Assembly: GCA_021800165.1 (NCBI GenBank)
Contig: JAJYZF010000016.1
Coordinates: 1,223-65,222, forward strand
DNA length: 64,000 nt
Reading direction: 5' to 3'
Origin: Planctomycetota bacterium
Lineage (GTDB): Bacteria; Planctomycetota; Phycisphaerae; WQYP01
Shown here: one piece after another, positions 17,983 to 28,011 of the stretch
Layout: the number at the start of each line of letters is the position of its first letter
How positions within the stretch are numbered: position 1 is the first letter of the stretch
Program-made: the position numbers and the translations under genes
The notes under the pieces: generated by a model
Database searches by the model: none
Told to the model about the DNA's origin: nothing
What the model saw: the letters and a program-made list of their open reading frames with translations, nothing else

Positions 17983-19092
17983 TTACACGATCAATACTTC
18001 CTTGCCCGCCGCGTCGGACCTGTACACGCCATCAATGATTTTCTGCACCGCCATGCCCGCTTCACCTGGAGCCTCCAGGGCGGTGTTGTGGATGATGGCA
18101 TGAATAAAGTTCCGCTGCTTATCCAGAAACAACGAGGCAAAATCAGAATTCTCCAGAAATGCCGGCTGGGAATTAATCATGGTTCCGGCACGATCCGTAA
18201 ACAGCCCCGGCGGATCCCAGTTCGCTCCGCCCTTGTCGCCGATCAGGCTGAAATTCCATACATCCTTTTCGATATGGGCCGCAAATGACGCTTCAATCTG
18301 CATCACCGCGCCGTTGGCAAAACGAATGTGGCCGATGGCCAAATCTTCCACGGTATAGGTCTTCCAGTCCCAATTGGGCCAACCGCAGGAAACATTGCTG
18401 GGCTTGTTGCCCATGTAGGTCCAAATATTGCCGGTGGCGGCAATCGGCTTGGGAGATCCCATGATATAGTGCGCCATCTCAATGACATGCACCCCGATGT
18501 CAATCATGGGGCCACCACCCTGCAACTTTTTCTGACCAAACACACCCCAGTTGGGAATGCCCCGGCGACGCAGTGCCCGGCACTTCACATACATAATATT
18601 GCCAAACTGACCCTCATCCCGTGCCCGCTTGATCATCTGCGTGGTGGGGTGATAGCGGTATTGAAAACCAACCGCCAGTTTGCGCTTGTTTTTCTTGGCC
18701 GCGTCAATCATGGCCTGACATTCCTTCGGGCTCATGGCCATGGGTTTCTCCGTCATGACGTGCGCACCGGCATTCAACGCGGCAATCGCCGCCGGGGCGT
18801 GAACCCCATTGGGCGTGCACACATCCACAGCATCGGGCTTAACTTCCTTGAGCATCTTTTTGTAATCCAGGTAAACACCCTGAACACCGTGTTCATCACG
18901 CAGCCAGTCGAGACGGTCGGATTTGATGTCGGCTCCGGCGACCACTTCCACCTCGGGAATTTTTTTATAAGCCGCCAGGTGGGTTGCCGAAATTCCTCCG
19001 CAGCCGATAAACGCCACCCGAATTTTCCGCCCTTTGAATTCCTGTTTTTTCTCTCCACCCAATGATTCCGTTGAAACGCCTGAGTTAGCCAT
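17983..19092 (-). CDS. Gfo/Idh/MocA family NAD(P)-dependent oxidoreductase
   Basis: N-terminal Rossmann motif IRVAFIGCGGISATHLAAY, followed by the EKP motif (HVMTEKPMA) typical of the family. An AAAGGAA RBS lies upstream. Confidence 0.8.
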   Translation of the reverse strand: MANSGVSTESLGGEKKQEFKGRKIRVAFIGCGGISATHLAAYKKIPEVEVVAGADIKSDRLDWLRDEHGVQGVYLDYKKMLKEVKPDAVDVCTPNGVHAPAAIAALNAGAHVMTEKPMAMSPKECQAMIDAAKKNKRKLAVGFQYRYHPTTQMIKRARDEGQFGNIMYVKCRALRRRGIPNWGVFGQKKLQGGGPMIDIGVHVIEMAHYIMGSPKPIAATGNIWTYMGNKPSNVSCGWPNWDWKTYTVEDLAIGHIRFANGAVMQIEASFAAHIEKDVWNFSLIGDKGGANWDPPGLFTDRAGTMINSQPAFLENSDFASLFLDKQRNFIHAIIHNTALEAPGEAGMAVQKIIDGVYRSDAAGKEVLIV

Positions 19093-19256
19093 TACTAGAT
19101 TCCTTTCGATTCAATAAATCCGCTTAAGCCAATCTTAAGTCACAGGCGATCATTGTCGGAACTTCGCCACAATTTGCAAGTCAACCCAAAGTCCAAAGAG
19201 CCCAGTGCGATGTGGGGTTGGTGAGTCTGGCTTCCAGGCAATCGCCGGCGGCACCG

Positions 19257-19667
19257 TTATCCAAGATGGTTCAGATATTCCTGCAATATGCCCGCCGCGG
19301 CCACAGCGTCCACGCGCCGCCGCTTTTGCTTGCGCGTAAAATGGCCCGCCAGGCGGGCTTGGGCTTCATGGCTGGTTAAACGCTCGTCCACCCTGGCAAC
19401 GGCAATTCCCGTCACCTCCGCCACCCGCTGAAGAAACTTTTCCACCATCACGGCCTGCGGCCCGGTAGTTCCGTCCATGTTCAACGGAATGCCGCACACG
19501 ATTAAATCCACCGCTTCCGCTTTGGCCAAACGCCCAATTTCGATAATTAACGCCGTATCGGAAAGATTTTCCAGCAGCTTCAGTGGCGTGGCCAGGCGCG
19601 ATTCTGTCTCACCCAGAGCCACTCCGGTACGTTTGCCGCCGTAGTCAATGCCAAGTACGCGTGCCAT
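19257..19667 (-). CDS. ruvX: Holliday-junction resolvase-like protein YqgF/RuvX
   Basis: MARVLGIDYGGKRTGVALGE... (the RuvX N-terminal acidic catalytic motif) and ~137 aa from the ATG at 19667. It lies 23 bp downstream of manC on the same strand. Confidence 0.8.
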   Translation of the reverse strand: MARVLGIDYGGKRTGVALGETESRLATPLKLLENLSDTALIIEIGRLAKAEAVDLIVCGIPLNMDGTTGPQAVMVEKFLQRVAEVTGIAVARVDERLTSHEAQARLAGHFTRKQKRRRVDAVAAAGILQEYLNHLG

Positions 19668-19690
19668 GTGTTTATCCATCGCCCCCGGCA

Positions 19691-20767
19691 TCACACATAC
19701 CGGTCCCCAAATTCATTTTGCAGTTTACTGACCATCTGTTTGATGTTTTCCGCCTGCGCGGTGGAACAAACCAGCGTCGCATCCGGCGTATGCACAATGG
19801 CAATGTCTTGAAGACCGATCGTGGCGATGAGATGATCGTTTTGGGATACCGCCAGTACGCCATGCGAATCCAGTGCCGCAAGCCTGCAACCGGCGGATTT
19901 ATTGCCCGCCGCATCGCCGGTCAGTGTGGCGGCAAAGCTGCCCCAACTGCCTACATCCAGCCATTGCACCGGCATCGGAATCACCGCCACGTCCGCGGAT
20001 TTTTCCATCACCGCATAATCTATGCTTACCTTCGGTAAGGAAGGATATATCTCCGCCAGCGTGCGGTGATAATCGGGCTGATTCCAATGCCGCGCGATTT
20101 CCATCACTCCGGCATGGGTTTGCGGCGCATACTGTTGGATCTTCTCCAGAATCGTACGCACCTTCCATACAAACATGCCGCTGTTCCACAAATATTCCCC
20201 CGACGATAGGTATTGCTCGGCCGTTTTCCGATCCGGCTTTTCCCGAAAGGCCTGCACTCGCAGCGCCTGGTTTGCAGCGGCCAGCGGCCCGCCCCGCTGG
20301 ATGTAACCAAACCCGGTGGCCGGATACGTGGGCGTTATGCCAAACGTCAACAGCGTCTGCGGAGATTGTTCAACGGTGTCAAACCCCGCTTCCAGACATC
20401 GCGTAAAGGTGTCAAGCGGGTCGATAAGATGATCGGCCGTCAATACCGCCATGGTGGCATCGGCATCCAACCGGCTTAGAATGGCCGCCGAAAAACCGAC
20501 GGCGTTGACGGTATCCCGGCCACAAGGTTCACCCAAAATTTGGTGGACCGGAAACGCTGGCATTTCCTTCTGAATTTTATCAATATAATCGGTGCCTGTA
20601 CAGATATACACTCGCGACGATTCCACCGCCCCCGCCGGGCGTCGCACCGCAATGTCCAACAAACAACGCCCCCCTATCAAAGGCAACAACTGCTTGGGCC
20701 TGGCCCGTGTGGACATCGGCCAGAGCCGCGTTCCTGTTCCGCCCGCCATGATCACCGCATACCGCAT
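19691..20767 (-). CDS. manC: Mannose-1-phosphate guanylyltransferase (GDP-mannose pyrophosphorylase), short form without a PMI domain
   Basis: YAVIMAGGTGTRLWPMSTRARPKQLLPL (nucleotidyltransferase G-rich loop) and the LTADHLI motif. The start is placed at the ATG at 20767, which has a GGAG RBS. Confidence 0.8.
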   Translation of the reverse strand: MRYAVIMAGGTGTRLWPMSTRARPKQLLPLIGGRCLLDIAVRRPAGAVESSRVYICTGTDYIDKIQKEMPAFPVHQILGEPCGRDTVNAVGFSAAILSRLDADATMAVLTADHLIDPLDTFTRCLEAGFDTVEQSPQTLLTFGITPTYPATGFGYIQRGGPLAAANQALRVQAFREKPDRKTAEQYLSSGEYLWNSGMFVWKVRTILEKIQQYAPQTHAGVMEIARHWNQPDYHRTLAEIYPSLPKVSIDYAVMEKSADVAVIPMPVQWLDVGSWGSFAATLTGDAAGNKSAGCRLAALDSHGVLAVSQNDHLIATIGLQDIAIVHTPDATLVCSTAQAENIKQMVSKLQNEFGDRYV

Positions 20768-21012
20768 GATTTTCTCCGTCACCTGGACATACTATTGATC
20801 CCGTCAATTCTTTTTATCGGCTGGCCTGCGGCAACGCTCGCCACAACCGGACGGCATTTGGGTTAAGGGATGCAGACACTTCCGCACACCGCCATCGCCC
20901 CTATAATGCTCTGTGGGGAGCATAATGCCAAGCGCCAGGGGCGCATGCCTGAAAATAAACCAGCTCGCCATGCGCTGCTGGAGCAAGGTACACAACCGAA
21001 AGGAATCTCAAG

Positions 21013-22632
21013 ATGTCACGCAATCACTTACGGTTCATCATCGCCACTGCGCTCGCCTTGCTGATGACGACTGGCGCAAAGCTGCCGTCACTGGCCGCTA
21101 AAACCCCCGCCACCGAACTGGTGCGGCTGGCGGCCCCGCAGTTGAATGCCGCCAAAAACGGCTTTTCCATTCCGGCAGCGTTCTGGAACGAACATCTGAC
21201 CAATTGGCTCGATGTAGCCATCTGTGGTCGTCCCAGCAACTTTCTTCATGAAACTATTTTAAGTATACAGACCACCCGCACCATCATCCGCCATGCGATG
21301 AAAACCATTGGCTTTCATAACGCCGATGACTGGGCTCCTGATTTTCGCGATTTTGTGCAAGTTCGCGGCCAACCGCTGCTGATTTTGGTGCGTTTTCGGC
21401 GAGGCGGAAAAATACAGACCTTTCCGCTGGAAGAGTTGATCTCTCTGGAACAGTGGAATATCTCCATCGGCCCTATCGGCTGGATCTATCTAGGCACCCC
21501 TGAAGCTCACGCATCCGCCCTGCATGCCCAGAACTACCAGCCTGGACAACTGGCCGGTCCCAATGCCATTCTGGTAGATGATCCGCAGGTGGCCATGCAG
21601 TTTCGCGGCATTCAATCTTCCTCGCAGGCCCTGGTGGATAATCCGTTGTGCTTTGACGGTTGGATTTATCCCAACATCCGCTATTTTCGCAATATTTCCC
21701 GCATCCCCTGGAAAGTTTACAACAGCAACGGAGCTATCCACGCAACGCTTATTTTTCGTCACGTATCCGAGGTGCAATACCTCCAGCAGTGTGCGCGATA
21801 CTGGCATGACGCCGCCTTCGCCAAATACATTCTGGCTCAATTGCCCGTCGCCCGAAAGATTGACCGCTTCCGAAAGGAACTCTGGCAACTTACGCATCTG
21901 AAGCACAAAATCTGGCGCAGCTCGCCCACCGTACAATATGCCGCCGCCAACCTCCAGGCCAACTATGCCGCCCTTGATGCGGCGTGGATCAGTTGGGATT
22001 TCCACCACGCTCGATTTGGCCCCGGCTCGCCCGCCATGCTCGCGGCCATTAAGGCTCGAGCCACGCTTTTCCACCAGTACATGAACCAGCGCAAAGAGCG
22101 CTGGGCACAATGGCTTATTGCCGCCGGAGCCGTACGCCAACTGGCCCTGTTGCGGAAAGCATCCCCGCAGCCTCCGGCACCCGCGATATTGGCCCGGCTG
22201 CAGGCCCGGGAGTTGGCCGCCCGTTCCCGCTCCATGCTGTTCAAAAATGCCCAGACGCTGCAAATGTGGACCCGAAAATTGAAAAACCTCTCCCCCAACG
22301 ACCCACGCAAACAATGGATCAAAGATGTCCATGCCGAATTTCATTTAGCCCGCGCCCGCCAACGACTCGGCCATGCCGGAATCGCCTATGCTCACGCCCT
22401 GCGTTTGCATTCGCCAAAACAACTCGCCGCCGCCCAGAACCAATACCTCGTGGCCATTTTGCGCACCACTCTCGCCCGAGCCGTCGTTCGCCTGGTGAAT
22501 ATCGAATTTGAGATTTCCAGCCAGCGCGGGTTCGCCTCGAAAGCCCACATGAGCCGGTTACAAGCCGCCAAGGCCGCGTTGCTCCGGGAAATCAAAGCCA
22601 TACGTAGCCACATTTCCCAGGTGCGCCGCTGA
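21013..22632 (+). CDS. Hypothetical secreted protein (signal peptide; helical, Ala/Arg/Gln-rich C-terminal half)
   Basis: 539-aa ORF with an AAGGAA RBS. N-terminus MSRNHLRFIIATALALLMTTGAKLPSLAA. No recognisable family. Confidence 0.55.
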   Translation: MSRNHLRFIIATALALLMTTGAKLPSLAAKTPATELVRLAAPQLNAAKNGFSIPAAFWNEHLTNWLDVAICGRPSNFLHETILSIQTTRTIIRHAMKTIGFHNADDWAPDFRDFVQVRGQPLLILVRFRRGGKIQTFPLEELISLEQWNISIGPIGWIYLGTPEAHASALHAQNYQPGQLAGPNAILVDDPQVAMQFRGIQSSSQALVDNPLCFDGWIYPNIRYFRNISRIPWKVYNSNGAIHATLIFRHVSEVQYLQQCARYWHDAAFAKYILAQLPVARKIDRFRKELWQLTHLKHKIWRSSPTVQYAAANLQANYAALDAAWISWDFHHARFGPGSPAMLAAIKARATLFHQYMNQRKERWAQWLIAAGAVRQLALLRKASPQPPAPAILARLQARELAARSRSMLFKNAQTLQMWTRKLKNLSPNDPRKQWIKDVHAEFHLARARQRLGHAGIAYAHALRLHSPKQLAAAQNQYLVAILRTTLARAVVRLVNIEFEISSQRGFASKAHMSRLQAAKAALLREIKAIRSHISQVRR

Positions 22633-22734
22633 ACCCCCATTCACACCATGAGCATCCAGACACATGGGCTGCCACTGCGGCGGAGATCAAGCCGCCAATA
22701 CCAACTCAAGCCCTCAGGCGACTGTCAACACGAT

Positions 22735-23607
22735 TCAATTGCAAAACTTTTGCGTCCGCAACCATTGGGCGCAAACACCTGGCCACTGGGCCAGCACGGG
22801 GTCGTTGCCGCCCAAACCATAGCCGTGGCCACCATGGTCATAGGTTACCACCTGATTGGCAATTTGGCGGCGGGTCAGGGCCTCGGCCATCATGACGGAA
22901 TTTTCCACCGGTACCGCCGTATCATCTGTAGAATGGACAAAAAAGCACGGCGGCGTCTGGGCCGTCACCTGTAGATGACTGGAGAGTGATTTCCGCAGCT
23001 CGATGGGAGCATCCGGCCCGAGCAAATTTGCACAAGACCCCTCGTGGCACATCGGACCGGTAAGGGTAATTACAGGATAGACCAAAATGCCGACATCGGG
23101 CCGCGAACTGTGGCGATCCACGGGGTCCTTACGCTTGGCGTCGGCGGGTTCAAAAAGGGTGGCGGCAGTGGAGGCCAGATGGCCGCCGGCGGAAAAACCC
23201 AAGATACCCACTCGCCCCGCGTCGAGTTGCCACGGCCCCGCCATGGCCCGGACCGTGCGTATGGCCCGCGCCGCATCCATCAGCATGGCCGGGTGTCGAT
23301 AATGCGGTGCCAATCTGTAGCGCAACACCAAGGCGGCAATGCCCAGGGAATTCAACCATAGTGCCACCGGGTTGGCCTCGTGTTCCGCCAGGCCCCCATA
23401 GCCTCCGCCCGGACAAACCACGACCGTGGCGCAATGCGCGGCTAAATTAGCGGGGATAAACGCAATCATCGCTGGAATATCGGTGGGGGCGTCGCCATGG
23501 CTATGCGGTGCGGCCTGATCCCACAGACGAATAAAAGTGCCCACGCCCGGTCGAGATTTCAGCGTTGAGACACTTTGGTAATCGGTGCGCTGCGTTAATG
23601 GCATCAT
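22735..23607 (-). CDS. Alpha/beta-hydrolase fold esterase/lipase
   Basis: Nucleophile elbow GFSAGGHLA, an oxyanion-type HGGGY-like segment (CPGGGYGG), and a C-terminal HGGHGYG. The start is placed at the ATG at 23607, which has a GGAGAAG RBS. Confidence 0.75.
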   Translation of the reverse strand: MMPLTQRTDYQSVSTLKSRPGVGTFIRLWDQAAPHSHGDAPTDIPAMIAFIPANLAAHCATVVVCPGGGYGGLAEHEANPVALWLNSLGIAALVLRYRLAPHYRHPAMLMDAARAIRTVRAMAGPWQLDAGRVGILGFSAGGHLASTAATLFEPADAKRKDPVDRHSSRPDVGILVYPVITLTGPMCHEGSCANLLGPDAPIELRKSLSSHLQVTAQTPPCFFVHSTDDTAVPVENSVMMAEALTRRQIANQVVTYDHGGHGYGLGGNDPVLAQWPGVCAQWLRTQKFCN

Positions 23608-23838
23608 TAGACTTCTCCTTTGCAACAAGGCATTGTTCACGATTTGTGGTGGAATTTCAACCTCGACCGGTGCGGTCGCTGGGCGTTGGGACGCTGCGTC
23701 CCAAACGCCGTTGACGACTTGGGCTACTGCGAATACACTTGATGTTGTGGTCCAAGGCTGTGAATAAGGTGGTACCGGCCCGGCAAAAAAAGAACGTTGA
23801 GAGAGGAGCGGAAATCTCACAGGGAATACGATTGGTAC

Positions 23839-23913
23839 GGTGGATTTAGCTCAGCTGGCTAGAGCACGAGGTTGTGGTCCTCGGGGTCGCGGGTTCGAAT
23901 CCCGTAATCCACC
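23839..23913 (+). tRNA. tRNA-His (anticodon GTG) with genomically encoded G-1
   Basis: Cloverleaf: G-1, acceptor GTGGATT/AATCCAC, D-arm GCTC-AGCTGGCTA-GAGC, anticodon stem CGAGG/CCTCG with loop TTGTGGT, T-arm GCGGG-TTCGAAT-CCCGT, discriminator C. CCA is not encoded. Confidence 0.75.
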
Positions 23914-24124
23914 CTTCTTTGCTCACCGCGCCGGGCACCTGAAAGCGGACTCTTGCAGCCCGTGCCACAAAGCGGTAAACTGGCTCATCTTTCCCGGTGG
24001 TACCGGGATCGCCGTCCGGGTGCTGCCAGGCCGGGGAGCCTGCAAGAATGCAGGCGGTGGGTGCAAGTGCCGCACTTGGCTGATGGTTCCGGACCGGCTA
24101 AGATAACCGGGCACCGGCGGTAAC

Positions 24125-24197
<73 letters not shown>

Positions 24198-24351
24198 TGA
24201 TGGGCTGGCCGGTGTGATCGCGAAAGCACCGCCGCTCTAGACCAACCGCGGTGAAAAGCGGTGCCTGAAACGTGTTGTAGGCGGGTGTAATCCGTTGTTG
24301 GTGATCACGCCCTTTTTAGATTTTGTTTTTTACCTGTAGGAGTTTATTTCC

Positions 24352-25563
24352 ATGGCTAAAGGCGTATTTGAACGTAAGAAACCTCATGTGAACGTCGGTA
24401 CAATCGGACATATCGATCACGGCAAGACCACGCTCACCGCGGCTCTGACCACCGTGCTGGCCCAAAAAGGTCTGGCTACGGCAGTGGCCTATGACACCGT
24501 CGCCAAGGCGTCGGAGAAGCAGGGTAGGCGTGATCCAAGCAAAATCGTCACGATTGCCGTCTCCCACGTGGAATACGAATCAGACAAACGGCACTATGCC
24601 CACATTGACTGTCCGGGACACGCCGATTTCGTCAAAAATATGATCACCGGCGCTGCCCAGATGGATGGTGCCATTCTCGTGGTTTCCGCGGCCGACGGTC
24701 CCATGCCCCAAACCCGCGAACACGTATTATTGGCCCGCCAGGTGAACGTGCCGCGGATCGTGGTATTCCTTAACAAAGTCGATCTGGTCGATGATCCGGA
24801 ACTGCTGGAATTGGTGGAACTGGAAATCCGTGAATTGCTTAACAAATACAAATTTCCCGGTGACGAAATTCCGATCATCCGTGGGGCTGCGGTCAATGCC
24901 CTCAAGAACCCCACGGATGCTAAAGCTATCGAGCCGATCTTGAAGCTCGTGGAAGCTCTGGACAGCTACATACCCGAACCGGTGCGCGAAACCGACAAAC
25001 CATTCCTCATGCCGGTTGAAGACGTGTTTTCCATCAAGGGCCGGGGCACGGTCGGCACGGGCCGTGTGGAACGTGGTACGGTCAAAGTTGGTGACGAACT
25101 GGAAATTGTCGGTCTGAAAAAGGACTCCCAAAAAACGGTGGTTACCGGCGTGGAAATGTTCCAGAAAACGTTGGATTCCGCCATTCCCGGCGACAACGTG
25201 GGCCTTCTGCTCCGTGGTGTGGAAAAGGAACAACTGGAACGCGGCCAGGTGCTCGCGAAGCCCGGCTCCATCACGCCACATACCAAGTTTGAAGCTGAAA
25301 TTTATGTTCTTACCAAAGAAGAAGGTGGTCGACATACCGCATTTTTCAAGGGCTATCGTCCGCAATTTTATTTCCGGACTACCGACGTTACCGGATCGCT
25401 GGATCTGCCGGCTGGAACGGAGATGGTTATGCCCGGCGACAACGTGAAAATTACCGTCGACCTTGGCGAATGTCCCATCGCCATGGAACAGGGCGTGCGC
25501 TTTGCCATCCGTGAAGGTGGTCGCACGGTTGGCGCCGGCGTGGTGACCAAAATTATTGCCTGA
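24352..25563 (+). CDS. tuf: Elongation factor Tu
   Basis: [21 protein letters not shown] and NKVD motifs. 403 aa, with an AGGAG RBS. Confidence 0.97.
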   Translation: MAKGVFERKKPHVNVGTIGHIDHGKTTLTAALTTVLAQKGLATAVAYDTVAKASEKQGRRDPSKIVTIAVSHVEYESDKRHYAHIDCPGHADFVKNMITGAAQMDGAILVVSAADGPMPQTREHVLLARQVNVPRIVVFLNKVDLVDDPELLELVELEIRELLNKYKFPGDEIPIIRGAAVNALKNPTDAKAIEPILKLVEALDSYIPEPVRETDKPFLMPVEDVFSIKGRGTVGTGRVERGTVKVGDELEIVGLKKDSQKTVVTGVEMFQKTLDSAIPGDNVGLLLRGVEKEQLERGQVLAKPGSITPHTKFEAEIYVLTKEEGGRHTAFFKGYRPQFYFRTTDVTGSLDLPAGTEMVMPGDNVKITVDLGECPIAMEQGVRFAIREGGRTVGAGVVTKIIA

Positions 25564-25600
25564 CCCGGAACAGTGAACTTTGTACGACGGAGTATAAAAA

Positions 25601-25759
25601 ATGGCGCGCGAATGGGTTTGGCTGCAATGCACGCAAACACAGGATTTGAATTATCGCCTGAGTATCAATCCCAAGGAGATGGACACCAAGAAATTGTTCC
25701 ATAAATTCTCCCCGCGTTTGCGCAAGCACACGGAGCATAAGATAAAGAAGGGCAAGTAA
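25601..25759 (+). CDS. rpmG: 50S ribosomal protein L33 (Cys-less, zinc-independent form), 52 aa; absent from the ORF track
   Basis: MAREWVWLQCTQTQDLNYRLSINPKEMDTKKLFHKFSPRLRKHTEHKIKKGK fits the L33 pattern (..NY.t.kN.....kLel.K..P..rkHt.HkE.K). A GGAG RBS lies 10 nt upstream. The position between tuf and tRNA-Trp/secE is canonical. Confidence 0.75.
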   Translation: MAREWVWLQCTQTQDLNYRLSINPKEMDTKKLFHKFSPRLRKHTEHKIKKGK

Positions 25760-25858
25760 TCGATCAGGCCGTCGGCTTTGGAGTGCCCGCTGATTTGGCA
25801 AGATGCTGCGTAAATGCTATTGCGGATCCGAAGCCTTGGGCTGCGATGAGCGGATGAT

Positions 25859-25931
25859 ACGACAGTAGCTCAATTGGCAGAGCACCGGTCTCCAAAACCG
25901 GGGGTTGCAGGTTCGACTCCTGCCTGTCGTG
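25859..25931 (+). tRNA. tRNA-Trp (anticodon CCA)
   Basis: Acceptor ACGACAG/CTGTCGT, D-arm TAGCTCAATTGGCAGAGC, anticodon stem CCGGT/ACCGG with loop CTCCAAA, T-arm GCAGG-TTCGACT-CCTGC. Confidence 0.85.
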
Positions 25932-26052
25932 GTGGTCAGACAGGTGCGTAAAGTCAGCCGAAAACCGGGGCTGCATACAGGAAATATCGCACGACTGCGC
26001 CGCAGACCCCCGCGATCTTCGGCCAGACGAGAAACAAAAAAGAGGACTACCG

Positions 26053-26442
26053 TTGTCGGTGTTTAACATATATAAAAAGGGACAGGGTAAATACGTGCGT
26101 ATGGGCACGGTGGCCGGAATAGCCATTATATTGCTCCTGGGCATACGCTGGGTGGACAACCGCATCATCCCTCTGCAACCCAGTTATATCAAAGCTATTG
26201 TTTCGCTCATTTTGGCGGCGGCCGGCGCGATCTTCTGTTTCTGGGTCGTCAACAAGCCCAAGTTCGCCGATTTTATGATTCTCACCGAAAGCGAAATGCG
26301 TAAGGTGGCCTGGCCATTGCCGCGGGTGGTGGTCAATGCCACCAAACTCGTGGTATTGATGGTATTTCTGCTGGCCGGAATGTTGTGGTTGGCGGACTTT
26401 GGCTTTATTTGGCTCTTTCAGGCCATTCATGTGCTATCATAA
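26053..26442 (+). CDS. secE: Preprotein translocase subunit SecE (three-TM form)
   Basis: C-terminal core ESEMRKVAWPLPRVVVNATKLVVLMVFLLAGMLWLADFGF matches the SecE pattern (E.r.V.WP.....................). Position is upstream of nusG. Confidence 0.8.
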   Translation: MSVFNIYKKGQGKYVRMGTVAGIAIILLLGIRWVDNRIIPLQPSYIKAIVSLILAAAGAIFCFWVVNKPKFADFMILTESEMRKVAWPLPRVVVNATKLVVLMVFLLAGMLWLADFGFIWLFQAIHVLS

Positions 26443-26551
26443 GATGGATGAAGACTCTGGCGGATGCCGCCCAGTCTGCAAGGTGAATCGGATTGTCCAT
26501 GCATAAAAGCGATTCAGACAGGTTAAGACAGATGAAATTCTCGGAGTTCCT

Positions 26552-27112
26552 GTGACAACTTCAACAAAACAATGGTTTGTGCTTAAAGTGGCCTCGAATC
26601 GGGAAGATTCCGTGCGCGAAGCGCTGGAACGAAAAATTAAGATCGAAAACCTCGGCGATTTGATTGGTCGCGTGTTGGTCCCCAAGGAGGTGGTCAAGCA
26701 CGTCAAGGGTGGCCAACAAAAGTTAGCCGATCGCAAACTTTATCCCGGCTATGTGTTTATCGAGATGGATCTGGCCTCTGATGGCACCATCCAAGAGCCG
26801 GCCTATTATCTTTTTAAGGAAACGCAGGGAGTGGGAGACTTCATCGGCCACAAAAATAAGCCCACGCCGATGGCCGATAAAGAAATCGAGAAAATCCTCG
26901 CCGAGGCTGAAAAGCCCGAAGCGGGTCCAGCAGTCAAGGTGGATTTCCAAAAGGGCGATGCGGTTAAAATTAAGGAAGGGCCTTTTGAGAGCTTCGAAGG
27001 CAATGTCGACGAAATCTTCCCGGACAAAGGTATCGTCCGGGTTATTGTTACGATTTTTGGTCGCGCCACCCCGCTGGAACTCGAATACTGGCAGCTTGAA
27101 AAGGTTCAGTAA
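26552..27112 (+). CDS. nusG: Transcription termination/antitermination factor NusG
   Basis: KQWFVLKV...GYVFIEM...KIKEGPFESFEGNVDEI... (a KOW domain). GTG start with a GGAG RBS 6 nt upstream. Confidence 0.9.
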   Translation: MTTSTKQWFVLKVASNREDSVREALERKIKIENLGDLIGRVLVPKEVVKHVKGGQQKLADRKLYPGYVFIEMDLASDGTIQEPAYYLFKETQGVGDFIGHKNKPTPMADKEIEKILAEAEKPEAGPAVKVDFQKGDAVKIKEGPFESFEGNVDEIFPDKGIVRVIVTIFGRATPLELEYWQLEKVQ

Positions 27113-27163
27113 ATATAATCCGGCCGCAACAGGCGGTCATTGATACTGGAACTATATCTTAAA

Positions 27164-27508
27164 ATGATAAAAATCGTGGCATATCAGGGCTTTGGGCAAT
27201 CGGTTGAGCCTTCGCGTCGAAACTGGAGGTTGCCCTATGCGCTGCGCGTGGTATTAACGCTGCTCGTTGGTGCCGCCACCTTTATTGCCGCATTCTTTTT
27301 TCTTTTTGTGGTTGTCGCCGTGCTGCTGGGCCTGGCGGCTTTCGCCATTGCCGCATATACGGTTAGGCGTGTTGTTTCGCAAACCCGGTCCAAGCTTCAA
27401 CACGGACACCGTGTCACCCGCATCAGTGTGTTGCACGAGCCGCCCTACGAATCAGCAGGAGAACGAAAGGAATACTGGTCGAATGAGCAACGACCTTCCG
27501 GAACCTGA
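27164..27508 (+). CDS. Hypothetical small membrane protein (2 TM)
   Basis: ORF between nusG and rplK. The first ATG is at 27164; the track ORF starts at a TTG at 27140. Hydrophobic core LVGAATFIAAFFFLFVVVAVLLGLAAFAIAAY. It may be spurious. Confidence 0.3.
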   Translation: MIKIVAYQGFGQSVEPSRRNWRLPYALRVVLTLLVGAATFIAAFFFLFVVVAVLLGLAAFAIAAYTVRRVVSQTRSKLQHGHRVTRISVLHEPPYESAGERKEYWSNEQRPSGT

Positions 27509-27578
27509 AAAGCGGCGGATTTTTGTTGGTTTTCGCTGGTAAAATTGTTTACCTTTTTACAGAAAGTTGAGGCATCCA

Positions 27579-28010
27579 ATGGCCAAAGCTAAGGAAATAG
27601 TCAAACGTTTCAAAATGCAGGCTCCCGGTGGAACGGCCACACCCGCTCCACCACTGGGGCCGGTTCTGGGTGCCAATGGTGTCAATCCCGGACAATTTAT
27701 TCAGCGGTTTAACGCCGCCACTGCTGCGCTCAAGGGCAAAGTAGTTGGCGTGGAAGTCACCGTCTACAACGATAAGTCCTTTGACTTCGTGATAAAAACC
27801 CCACCCGCCTCGGTCATGATTAAAGATGTGCTCGGTCTGGAAAAGGGCAGCGGCGAACCGAACAAAAACAAGATCGGCAAGCTGACCAAGGCCCAATTGC
27901 GCAAAATCGCCCAGGAAAAATATCCCGACCTGGTCGCTTCAGACGTTTCGGCCGCCGAACGTGTGATTGCGGGCACCGCCCGATCGATGGGTGTGGATAT
28001 TGCCGATTGA
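27579..28010 (+). CDS. rplK: 50S ribosomal protein L11
   Basis: MAKAKEIVKRFKMQAPGGTATPAPPLGPVLGANGVNPGQFIQRFNAAT... (canonical L11). The start is placed at the ATG at 27579, which has a GAGG RBS. Confidence 0.9.
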   Translation: MAKAKEIVKRFKMQAPGGTATPAPPLGPVLGANGVNPGQFIQRFNAATAALKGKVVGVEVTVYNDKSFDFVIKTPPASVMIKDVLGLEKGSGEPNKNKIGKLTKAQLRKIAQEKYPDLVASDVSAAERVIAGTARSMGVDIAD

Positions 28011-28011
28011 C

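Noticed and set aside
23840-24106. 88-aa ORF 23840..24106
   Set aside because: It starts inside tRNA-His and spans the inter-tRNA spacer, so it is spurious.
23914-24124. A possible third tRNA (Tyr or Gly) between tRNA-His and tRNA-Thr
   Set aside because: No GTTC T-loop and no acceptor/T-arm pairing were found. Only an isolated hairpin is present.
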